DNA from: an uncultured Methanosarcinales archaeon
GTDB taxonomy: Archaea; Nanobdellota; Nanobdellia; Woesearchaeales; CAYVYK01
Direction of reading: 5' to 3'
Assembly: GCA_964455675.1 (NCBI GenBank)
Contig: CAYVYK010000003.1
Coordinates: 124,001 to 146,317 of the forward strand
Length of the DNA: 22,317 nt
The notes under the pieces are model-generated. The model searched no databases. It saw only the letters and a program-made list of their open reading frames with translations, and was not told the DNA's origin. Shown here in pieces: positions 9,503 to 17,528 of this stretch. The translations under genes and the position numbers were made by a program. Numbering within the stretch: the first letter of the stretch is position 1; every line of letters begins with the position of its first letter.

Positions 9503-12340
9503 ATGGAAGGACAACCACTTTCTCGATTTACATCACTGCCATGGATTATTTCACTTGTTGTTATTGTGTCGTTTGCGGTACTCGCGATGGCACATGACAA
9601 AAGCATTGAAGCAGCACGATCGCCAAGCGCATTCGCGGTCGCTGGAGCGGAGATGCTTAGTATCGGCGAACCAACGAAGAAGACAACACAAACACTGCGC
9701 AGCATGACACTATCATCCCCAGATAAAGGAGGCGACGCACCAAGGTCCTTGTGCGGAAATGGTATCTGTGAGGAAGATGAAACCACAGAAACCTGCCCTG
9801 TTGACTGTCCGATGACACCCGAGTGCGGGAATGGAATCTGCGAACCACCAGAGGATCCAGAAACTTGTTCAGACTGCCTTGAGGACATCGTATGCGGTGA
9901 TGCAGTCTGCGAGTTTCCCGAAACTGCCGAGACTTGCCCTGAGGATTGTGCACCATCAGTGTTTGAGTGCAACGATCATACCTATTTGGACGCGCCAGGG
10001 GTTCGACCGGTTCTCGGAGATGCGCTCAACGTTGCTGTCAGTGAACTTGGAGAAGATGATTTGCCATTCCTCCTTGCGGATGGATGGGTTGAGCAGAACG
10101 AAGGGTCTGCCTTCCCGTATGAGCAGACTTTAGATATCAGTGGGTGCGCTAGATTTAGCTTTGGCACACCAGAAATCTTTGACAGTCGTACTCCGATCGT
10201 CCACTTGGACACAACATCATGCACAAGTTCAAATCCCATGTATACATACACCATGGATTTCGTGAACGCAAACCTTTCAGACTCTCCAGGTCGAGACATC
10301 AGGATTCTTGGACGAACCTATCTAGTTTCTGCAATCCCAACGGATGTATCATTCTCGAAACTCACGCTCTGGAGAGACTTCGCTTCTGACATCGTTAATG
10401 TAGGTGAGGAACGCGTTATCAACCATGTCACCATCCAGGTCCTTGGAGCGAACACTGATGAAGGCACAGCAACTATTGTTGTGGATGGAGAGACCATGCA
10501 AGTAGAAGAAGGAGACCACATAATCTCGTCCTTCTCTGATATGCATGTTTTCGTTAAGGATATCTTCCTGCAGACGGTACCCGTCCCCACAGCAGCAGTA
10601 GAATTCATCGTCTTTGCGGATGAGATCGTTCTGCAAAATGGCGAGATGGTAGTGGTGAATGGCGAGTCCTACGATGGCACTCGTGCGACATTCACAAGCT
10701 CATCCATCCTTGATAAAATCCAGGTCGCCCTGTTCCCGAACGAGCTCGGAATCCCTGGCGGACTTGAGGACGTTGAATACCTCGAAGCTGGAAACTATCC
10801 GATGCCCGACGCAGAAATGCACTTCAACCCTCTCTTTGACCCTGTGTGGATGTCACTTTTGTCTGACTTTGTTGGATTATCACAAATGGTGGATGATGAA
10901 AGTCGGGACATCATTACGTACCAGGGAACCGGATCAAAAGTGCAGATGAGCTTTGCGAACAAGGCAGAGGTTATTGCACAAGTCGACTTTAACTTTGAAG
11001 CGACAGAGGAAGGAAATCTCGGAAAGCTCAAGTATGGAACCAAATGGCTCCACTGGGATGAAAACGATGGAGATAATGTCACGGTTCCTGAGGATGACTA
11101 CTTCCTCCTCAATATGAACCATAATCCGACGTACACCTACGTGGTAAAGTTCACTTCGTACAGCAGTACCCCTGGAAGCGAGAAATTTGACTGTGCTGTT
11201 GTCGGCCTGCCGGGAGATCCCTGCGACTACATCGATGAACATCACGGAAAGATCACGCTTGGAGGAAAAACTATTGATGTGCTTATCTGGACATTTGGAC
11301 CAGACCCAACCCTCTCCATCCGAGCATTTGGACCCTACTTCCAAGGCGGTATCGGAAAGGAAATCTACACGATGAATGACGCCAAAATCACTCTTCAGAG
11401 AGGGAACCTGTACAGCTGGGGATACTCGATCAACAGGACGTCCATGATACAAGATGCGGAGCGAGCTGATTACACAAGCGATGAAGGTGAAATCATCACG
11501 GTGCAGATGCGATATGATCCATCCGAGGGAGCCGCAGAGCTGTACACCTATTGGTTTGAAGGAACATCGTTCCCACCAGTGCCTGACATGGACACGCACT
11601 CGCTGCAGGGCATGACTGATTTTGGAACATACGCAGTGCTTGACGCAGACACGTACAAGTCAGCATACCTCTACGTTCCGGATGGAGAAGTCAACATGCT
11701 ATTTGAGTTTAAGAGCGATATCTCCACAGATTGCAGCCCACCATACCAGTGCGTGGCGCATGAATGTGTCATGCCACCGCCATCCATCAAGTACCGTGTT
11801 TTTGTGACAAACAATTCCTGGACTGGCAATCTTGGAGGACTTGCCGGAGCGGACCAGAAGTGTGCCCAGGCGGCTACAAATGCAGGCCTTCGAGGAATAT
11901 GGAAAGCATGGATCAGTGACGACTGCAAGGATGCGAAGGAACGTCTCTATCACTCGACGTTCCCCTACGTGCGCCTTGATGGCGTTACCATCGCTAAGAA
12001 CTGGGATGATCTCACGGATGGGTCGCTTTCTTCCGCAATTCTCGTGACCGAATACGGACAGAATGCCACTGATTTCAGCAATGTCTGGACTGCCACGGAC
12101 GCGACCGGAACTGCCATACCAAGTCAATTCTATTGTGGAGGCTGGACAACACCATCTGGCCGCGGCGGAATTGGAGTATGGGATCATACAGACTCGGGAT
12201 GGACATACTATGGTGCTGTATCATGTGATGCACCAGGAAGGCTTTACTGCTTTGAACAGCCAAAGCTGCAGCCAATTCCCATGCCTGTGCCCCATGAACT
12301 CGTATCAGAGTCAGTTCCGAAGGCATACGCAGTTGAGTAA
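9503..12340 (+). CDS. Surface protein: N-terminal TM/signal, Cys-rich repeats, S-layer-like acidic beta-rich body, C-terminal DUF1554 (endostatin-like) domain
   Basis: Hydrophobic N-terminus and three CG(N/D)xxCE...ETCxxDC-type repeats. The acidic middle (LPFLLADG...YEQTL...YTYTMDF) resembles archaeal S-layer proteins. The C-terminus VFVT...GNLGGLAGADQKC...WKAWIS...VWT...LYCFEQ is characteristic of DUF1554. Confidence 0.8.
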   Translation: MEGQPLSRFTSLPWIISLVVIVSFAVLAMAHDKSIEAARSPSAFAVAGAEMLSIGEPTKKTTQTLRSMTLSSPDKGGDAPRSLCGNGICEEDETTETCPVDCPMTPECGNGICEPPEDPETCSDCLEDIVCGDAVCEFPETAETCPEDCAPSVFECNDHTYLDAPGVRPVLGDALNVAVSELGEDDLPFLLADGWVEQNEGSAFPYEQTLDISGCARFSFGTPEIFDSRTPIVHLDTTSCTSSNPMYTYTMDFVNANLSDSPGRDIRILGRTYLVSAIPTDVSFSKLTLWRDFASDIVNVGEERVINHVTIQVLGANTDEGTATIVVDGETMQVEEGDHIISSFSDMHVFVKDIFLQTVPVPTAAVEFIVFADEIVLQNGEMVVVNGESYDGTRATFTSSSILDKIQVALFPNELGIPGGLEDVEYLEAGNYPMPDAEMHFNPLFDPVWMSLLSDFVGLSQMVDDESRDIITYQGTGSKVQMSFANKAEVIAQVDFNFEATEEGNLGKLKYGTKWLHWDENDGDNVTVPEDDYFLLNMNHNPTYTYVVKFTSYSSTPGSEKFDCAVVGLPGDPCDYIDEHHGKITLGGKTIDVLIWTFGPDPTLSIRAFGPYFQGGIGKEIYTMNDAKITLQRGNLYSWGYSINRTSMIQDAERADYTSDEGEIITVQMRYDPSEGAAELYTYWFEGTSFPPVPDMDTHSLQGMTDFGTYAVLDADTYKSAYLYVPDGEVNMLFEFKSDISTDCSPPYQCVAHECVMPPPSIKYRVFVTNNSWTGNLGGLAGADQKCAQAATNAGLRGIWKAWISDDCKDAKERLYHSTFPYVRLDGVTIAKNWDDLTDGSLSSAILVTEYGQNATDFSNVWTATDATGTAIPSQFYCGGWTTPSGRGGIGVWDHTDSGWTYYGAVSCDAPGRLYCFEQPKLQPIPMPVPHELVSESVPKAYAVE
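9752..9949 (+). repeat. Three Cys-rich ~23-aa repeats
   Basis: CGNGICEEDETTETCPVDC, CGNGICEPPEDPETCSDC and CGDAVCEFPETAETCPEDC. Confidence 0.9.
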
Positions 12341-12344
12341 ACAA

Positions 12345-12395
12345 CCCTGCCTTTGCAGGGATCTTTCTTCTTTTTTCCATTCTATCACTTTTTTT
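12345..12395 (+). terminator. Hairpin plus T-rich tract terminator
   Basis: CCCTGC-CTTT-GCAGGG directly after the stop codon, followed by pyrimidine/T runs. Confidence 0.55.
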
Positions 12396-12412
12396 ACGAC
12401 ATACTCGCTAAG

Positions 12413-12420
12413 TTTATAAA
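12413..12420 (+). promoter_or_regulatory. TATA box driving the repeat/tRNA locus
   Basis: TTTATAAA about 25 bp upstream of the first GGGCGTGTAGCATA copy at 12446. No comparable TATA box directly precedes the real tRNA at 12659. Confidence 0.65.
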
Positions 12421-12445
12421 CGGACAATTCTTTGCACAGATCATT

Positions 12446-12601
12446 GGGCGTGTAGCATACGCTGAAATCCTATGGATTTCTGGTCGCTACCCGCCTCGAG
12501 CATAGAACGTGCGGTAGCAATTTTGTTGCTGCGCATTGTACCCACCAATGGGCGTGTAGCATACGCAGAAATGCTTCGCATTTCTGGTCGCTCCACGCCC
12601 A
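12446..12601 (+). repeat. Two 51-bp palindromic direct repeats, each beginning with the 5' 14 nt of tRNA-Arg
   Basis: Copy 1 at 12446-12496 is GGGCGTGTAGCATACGCTGAAATCCTATGGATTTCTGGTCGCTACCCGCCT. Copy 2 at 12550-12600 is GGGCGTGTAGCATACGCAGAAATGCTTCGCATTTCTGGTCGCTCCACGCCC. Confidence 0.9.
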
Positions 12602-12658
12602 ATGGATAGAAATGGTTCAAGGACAACGAAGTTGTCCGAACTGGAAAACAAAAAGATT

Positions 12659-12778
12659 GGGCGTGTAGCATAACCTGGATAGTGCGGCCGGCTTCGGTGA
12701 TCGCTTGCAGTGAGGCAACGCGGAGCAAAAGCGATTGCAAGTAACCGGCTGATGGGGGTTCAAATCCTCCCACGCTCG
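12659..12778 (+). tRNA. tRNA-Arg(UCG) with a 46-nt intron at canonical position 37/38 (12698-12743)
   Basis: Acceptor GGGCGTG/CACGCTC with discriminator G. D stem GCAT/GTGC with GGA (A20, the Arg identity element). Anticodon stem GCCGG/CCGGC with loop CT-TCG-G|A. T arm GGGGG-TTCAAAT-CCTCC. No encoded CCA; a T-tract follows. Confidence 0.92.
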
Positions 12779-12839
12779 CTTTATTTTTCTATGCATAGGT
12801 TTTTAAAGAACAGTTCTTCGTAGTTTTCAAGGTGTAAGG

Positions 12840-13814
12840 TTGCTGTACAGCATTAGAAAAGAGGTGGTGGGATCGTTCCTCTCGGCAGTCCAGAAGGACA
12901 ACCAGCTGTATGCGCCTGTGCGTCAAGGAACTGTTCGTTTCTCAATGATAGAGGATCCGAATACGATATGCCTTGATGAGAACACCGTCATGCCGCTCAA
13001 ACAATTCTTCTTTCCGCAGCGTAGTGTGATCTTTTCCTTTCAGGGAACAAAAATCACTATCCCCAGGGAAAACATACCTTCACGCGTGTTCTTCGGCGTG
13101 CGAAGATGCGACCTGAATGCAATCAGGCATCAGGACATGATGTACATGGAGAAATTCAAGGATCCAATCTATATAGCACGACGGCAGGCAAGCGTTCTCA
13201 TCGGGTACCACTGCCCTATGCCGCCAAGCAAGTACTGCTTCTGTGGTTCCCATAATCTTGGGGACTATTACGATCTTATGTTTTTCGACCGAGGATCAGA
13301 GTATCATGTCCACATCGGTTCACTGCGTGGAGAAGAGTTCTTCAAAAAGTATACGAATCACTTCACGCCTATCAATAAAGAGATCACCGAACAAGATAAA
13401 AAAATACCTGGCTCTGACCGACTGAAACGAACGAACATCAAAGACCTTTACCATCATCCTGACTGGATACCGAAAGGAGTGGACCGGTGCATCAGCTGTG
13501 CGGCATGTACAACACTATGCCCAACATGCTATTGCTCAGAAATGCACGATGAGCAACACGTGGGAGCAACAAAGATCGGGAACCGAGTACGGACATGGAG
13601 CTCATGCCAGCTCAAGGAATTCACAAAAGTTGCAGGAGGCCATACATTCCGCGAAAGCCGAGAGGGAAGATTCAAGCACCGTATCTACCACCAGATGGAA
13701 TACTTCAAACAAAAGAACGGTGTGACACTCTGCGTTGGATGCGGACGCTGCATCCAGTCATGCCCAACGGACATCGACTGGGTGGACATCATCAACAAGA
13801 TGGGTGACAGATGA
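12840..13814 (+). CDS. hydB: Group 3b sulfhydrogenase beta subunit (4Fe-4S dicluster, AsrA-like)
   Basis: GVRRCD, CFC, CISCAACTTLCPTCYC, WSSC and CVGCGRCIQSCP. TTG start, with TTTTTAAA about 35 bp upstream. Confidence 0.9.
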   Translation: MLYSIRKEVVGSFLSAVQKDNQLYAPVRQGTVRFSMIEDPNTICLDENTVMPLKQFFFPQRSVIFSFQGTKITIPRENIPSRVFFGVRRCDLNAIRHQDMMYMEKFKDPIYIARRQASVLIGYHCPMPPSKYCFCGSHNLGDYYDLMFFDRGSEYHVHIGSLRGEEFFKKYTNHFTPINKEITEQDKKIPGSDRLKRTNIKDLYHHPDWIPKGVDRCISCAACTTLCPTCYCSEMHDEQHVGATKIGNRVRTWSSCQLKEFTKVAGGHTFRESREGRFKHRIYHQMEYFKQKNGVTLCVGCGRCIQSCPTDIDWVDIINKMGDR

Positions 13815-14617
13815 TGGCTGCGCGATCGAAACTCATCCCCTGGCCCGTGAAGATCATCAATCGGGTTCAAGAAAGCGAAACGAACTTCACGATAACCCTT
13901 GACGCCAAACTCAAGCATGATCCAGGCCAATTCGTGCAAGTCGGAATCCCAGGAGTTGGAGAATCACCAATCTCGTTTGCATCATACTCAAGCAAGTTCG
14001 TAAAACTCAATATCAGCATGGTCGGAAAAGTCACGATTGCGCTCTCAAAACTGAAAGTCGGTGAAACCGTCCTCATCCGAGGACCATATGGGCACGGCTA
14101 TCCCCTTGACAAACTCTACGGAAACACCGTGTATTTCGTCGGGGGTGGATGCGGCATCGCACCATTGAAAGGAGCGATCGACTACGTCGAACACTATCGA
14201 GAAAAATATCGGGATGTCGTGCTTTTCCTTGGATACCGAAGCCCGAACGATATTCTCTTCAAGAAAGAAATCGAGGAATGGAGAACTAAATACCATCTCA
14301 CAGTGACCGTCGACAAAAATCCCCCAGGAACCTGCTACGAAGGTGCAGTTGGCTTTGTGACGGATGCAGTGAAAGCCGCAAGCATGAATACTGAAGGGAG
14401 CATTGCGATCGTGTGCGGACCACCCATGATGATGAAAAACGCGATCATCGCACTCAAGAGCAAAGGATTCCGGGATGAGCAGATCTTCCTGAGCCAAGAA
14501 CGGCTCATGTACTGTGGCATCGGCGTATGCTGCCACTGCATGATCCAAGACAAGTTCTGCTGCGAGGACGGGCCGGTCTTCAGGTATGATGAAATCAAGG
14601 GGTATGAGTTTGACTAA
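13811..14617 (+). CDS. hydG: Group 3b sulfhydrogenase gamma subunit (FAD/NAD(P)-binding, 2Fe-2S)
   Basis: PGQF, GESPIS, RGPYGHG, GGGCGIAP, CGPPMM and ERLMYCGIGVCCHC...CEDGPVF. ATGA overlap with the upstream gene. Confidence 0.92.
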   Translation: MMAARSKLIPWPVKIINRVQESETNFTITLDAKLKHDPGQFVQVGIPGVGESPISFASYSSKFVKLNISMVGKVTIALSKLKVGETVLIRGPYGHGYPLDKLYGNTVYFVGGGCGIAPLKGAIDYVEHYREKYRDVVLFLGYRSPNDILFKKEIEEWRTKYHLTVTVDKNPPGTCYEGAVGFVTDAVKAASMNTEGSIAIVCGPPMMMKNAIIALKSKGFRDEQIFLSQERLMYCGIGVCCHCMIQDKFCCEDGPVFRYDEIKGYEFD

Positions 14618-15365
14618 ACCAAGAATAGGCATATTCGGCCTTACCGGATGCGCAGGATGCCAGCTCAGCATCATCTTCAACGAAGATGAGATTCTCAATT
14701 TGCTTGATGTCATCGACATTCGCGCATTCCCATTCATTAAAGGAAACAACGACGAGGAAAACTTTGACATCGTGTTCATGGAAGGACTCGTGGCAGACAA
14801 AGAAGACCTTGAAACACTCAAGAAAATACGTGGCAAGACGAAAAAGCTCGTCGCTCTGGGAGCATGCGCACACACGGGATGCATCCCTGCGTATCGCAAC
14901 TACACTATGCCATCACCCTACGAACACCTCTACTACAATAAACGCGAACGGATCAAGGATGTAAAACCCTCTGCGATCAACGAACATGTCACCGTTGATT
15001 ACGTCATCCCCGGGTGTCCGCCCGACAAAAAGGAAATTCTCGCATTCATCCAGGCAGTTGCCCACGGCATCGAGCCAAAATCCTACACGAGCCCAGTATG
15101 CGTGGAGTGCAGGCGCAACAACAACGAATGCCTGCTCATCAAAGGAAAACCGTGCCTTGGGCCCATCACACGCGGAGGATGCAATTCCGTATGTGTGAAC
15201 GGAAAACTCGAGTGCTGGGGCTGTCGCGGACCGACGGATGACGCGAACTTCGCGCTCATGGTACGCCTGCTGCGGCAAAAAGGGTATAGCGATGACTTCA
15301 TCAGGAAGCGGATGAGAAGCTTTGCAGGAGTCCTTTATCCAGAAGACAAGGTGCTTTTCCCATGA
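14604..15365 (+). CDS. hydD: [NiFe] hydrogenase group 3b small (delta) subunit
   Basis: GCAGCQ, EG, GACAHTG, PGCPP, VCVEC, CLGPIT and CWGCRG. Start reassigned to MSLTKP at 14604, after SD AGGGGT. Confidence 0.93.
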   Translation: MSLTKPRIGIFGLTGCAGCQLSIIFNEDEILNLLDVIDIRAFPFIKGNNDEENFDIVFMEGLVADKEDLETLKKIRGKTKKLVALGACAHTGCIPAYRNYTMPSPYEHLYYNKRERIKDVKPSAINEHVTVDYVIPGCPPDKKEILAFIQAVAHGIEPKSYTSPVCVECRRNNNECLLIKGKPCLGPITRGGCNSVCVNGKLECWGCRGPTDDANFALMVRLLRQKGYSDDFIRKRMRSFAGVLYPEDKVLFP

Positions 15366-16639
15366 CTGAAATAACACTCAACCACATCACGAAGATTGAG
15401 GGGCATGCAACGCTCACGCTCAAGATCGAGAATGGCAAAGTCACGACGTGCGAGCTTGGCTCGATTGAAGGAAGCAGATATTTTGAAGGGATGCTCGTCG
15501 GCCGCATGTACCATGAGGCAAACGAAATCACGTCACGGATCTGCGGCATCTGCAGCGCGGCGCACGTGCTTTCCGCAACAATGGCGATCGAACGGGCACT
15601 CAACATCCAATGCTCACCACAGACAGTGGAACTACGCAAACTCCTTGCGCTCGCAGAACGCATCAGAAGCCACGCGACACACCTCTACTTCCTTGCGCTG
15701 CCTGACTATCTCGGATATGAATCTGCCCTCGCAATGCTCCCAAAGTACAAGAAGGAAGTTGGTGCTGCGCTACGCATGATGAAGGTTGGAAACGAAATGA
15801 CGCGGATCGTTGGAGGAAGAGACCTTCACCCTGTCAGTATCACGATCGGTGGATTCCTCAAGGTTCCGAAAAAACAGGAACTCCTCATGCTTATGAGGCA
15901 GCTCGAAGGAATCAAGAGCGACGCGCTCGCCACATGCGAACTATTCCTCGGCCTAAAATTTCCCGACATGACCTTGCCTGGCGCAACATGGTTCTCCCTT
16001 ACTGACCCTGTGCAATACGCAATCATCGATGGAAGTGTTGCGTCAGGAAACGAGCACTTTGCGCCGCAGCAATTCCACGATTTCTTCAAAGAATACCATG
16101 AGGAGTATTCAACGGCAAACTTCGTCGTACGAGATGGCAAGACCTATTTTGTCGGAGCACTAGCGCGTATCAATAACAGCAGGGGCAAGCTATACACCGA
16201 TGCGCGGAACATGCTCGACCGCAGCGGAATCTTGTTTCCGTCCACAAATCCATACGCAAACAACATCTGCCAGGCAGTCGAACTAGTGCATTCAATCGAC
16301 CATGCCATACAAATATGCCGAGATCTCAACGTACAGCAAGAAGAGCCAGTAAAATATGCGATCAAATCAGGCCACGGCATCCATGTCACGGAAGCACCGC
16401 GAGGACTCAACTGGCACGAATACACTATCGATGACAAAGGACTAATCACGCAAGCAAACATCGTGACGCCAACAGCGCAGAATCTGCGAAGCATGAACGA
16501 TGATATACGAAGGCTCCTCTCACCAGAACTCCTTCGGAAATCCAAAGATGAAGTGGTCCTTGAGGTAGAGAAGCTGATACGTAACTATGATCCATGCTTC
16601 TCGTGCTCAACACATTTCCTCAAGGTCAAATGGCTCTAG
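15362..16639 (+). CDS. hydA: [NiFe] hydrogenase group 3b large (alpha) subunit
   Basis: KIEGH, L1 motif RICGICSAAH, EAPRG, TPT, and L2 motif DPCFSCSTH, followed by a 7-aa cleavable tail FLKVKWL. Confidence 0.96.
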   Translation: MTEITLNHITKIEGHATLTLKIENGKVTTCELGSIEGSRYFEGMLVGRMYHEANEITSRICGICSAAHVLSATMAIERALNIQCSPQTVELRKLLALAERIRSHATHLYFLALPDYLGYESALAMLPKYKKEVGAALRMMKVGNEMTRIVGGRDLHPVSITIGGFLKVPKKQELLMLMRQLEGIKSDALATCELFLGLKFPDMTLPGATWFSLTDPVQYAIIDGSVASGNEHFAPQQFHDFFKEYHEEYSTANFVVRDGKTYFVGALARINNSRGKLYTDARNMLDRSGILFPSTNPYANNICQAVELVHSIDHAIQICRDLNVQQEEPVKYAIKSGHGIHVTEAPRGLNWHEYTIDDKGLITQANIVTPTAQNLRSMNDDIRRLLSPELLRKSKDEVVLEVEKLIRNYDPCFSCSTHFLKVKWL

Positions 16640-16649
16640 GGGTGAACTT

Positions 16650-17528
16650 ATGAACACAAAAGGAATCTATCTTATCCTCACCGCTGCAATCATTTCAGGT
16701 TTCTCAATATTCCTCAATAGTCGTGCTGTTATAGGCATCGATAGCTCGATCTTCACGCTTGCGAAGATTGTGCTTGTGGCAATGGCACTGCTCTGTATCA
16801 TTCTTGGCACCATGGCATTTCGTGACATCACGCGTTTATCAGCGACAGAATGGGGAATGCTCTCCCTTGTTGGACTCATAGGTGGATCAGTGCCGTTTCT
16901 CCTGTTCTTTAAGGGACTGCAGATGACGACAGGATCAACTGCTGGACTCATCCAGAAAACACTCTTTATCTTCGTGATTGTGTTCGCAATCTTTTTCCTC
17001 AAAGAGAAGATCACGAAATCATTTGCTGCCGGAGCTGCACTACTCCTGCTCTCCACGTTCCTCATCACGCCATTCAACGGCTTGCAAACAGGACACGTGC
17101 TCGTGCTCACTGCCGCGATCCTCTGGGCGGGTGAATACGTCCTCTCAAAACACATGATTACGCACGTGCCTGCACTCGTCGTTGCATTTGGACGAATGGC
17201 GTTTGGATCGCTCTTCATCCTTCTCTATATCATCATTGCCGGCAAGGGTAACATGCTGCTTCCAAGCGTTGGATCGCACGTGGGTTGGATACTCATCACA
17301 AGTCTATTCCTTCTCGCGTATGTCATAACATTCTATACAGGGCTTGCAGGGGTCCCCGTGAGCACTGCGGCATGTATCCTTACCATCAGCGCGCCAATCT
17401 CCACGCTCCTATCGCTCTTTACCGGCGGAACAATCAGTATACTGCAGACACTTGGCATTGCCACTGGAATTCTTGGAGCAATCACCATCCTATGGACAAC
17501 TCGAGCATCTTATCCATCACGCGCATGA
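16650..17528 (+). CDS. EamA/DMT-family transporter (~10 TM)
   Basis: Two EamA-like halves (e.g. AIFFLKEKI, VAFGRMAFG). Start MNTKG at 16650 after SD GGGGTGA, 10 bp downstream of hydA. Confidence 0.88.
   Translation: MNTKGIYLILTAAIISGFSIFLNSRAVIGIDSSIFTLAKIVLVAMALLCIILGTMAFRDITRLSATEWGMLSLVGLIGGSVPFLLFFKGLQMTTGSTAGLIQKTLFIFVIVFAIFFLKEKITKSFAAGAALLLLSTFLITPFNGLQTGHVLVLTAAILWAGEYVLSKHMITHVPALVVAFGRMAFGSLFILLYIIIAGKGNMLLPSVGSHVGWILITSLFLLAYVITFYTGLAGVPVSTAACILTISAPISTLLSLFTGGTISILQTLGIATGILGAITILWTTRASYPSRA

Noticed and set aside
10934..11599. 221-aa minus-strand ORF inside the surface protein gene
   Set aside because: Antisense shadow with no recognisable features.
12446..12672. Canonical CRISPR array or split-tRNA halves
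   Set aside because: There are only two imperfect 51-bp repeats, they derive from the tRNA 5' end, and no cas genes are present. The copies stop in the D arm, pair with themselves, and an intact tRNA gene follows.
12441..12773. 110-aa minus-strand ORF
   Set aside because: Overlaps the tRNA and its hairpin repeats; spurious.
9503..12778. Integrated provirus or genomic island at tRNA-Arg
   Set aside because: No integrase, transposase or viral genes are present, and I noticed no distal copy of either tRNA end elsewhere in the window.
12840..14617. Anaerobic sulfite reductase asrAB assignment
   Set aside because: No asrC follows. The genes are directly coupled to [NiFe] small and large subunits, which fits sulfhydrogenase beta and gamma.
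14045..14899. 284-aa minus-strand ORF across hydG/hydD
   Set aside because: Antisense shadow of well-supported hydrogenase genes with an implausible composition.
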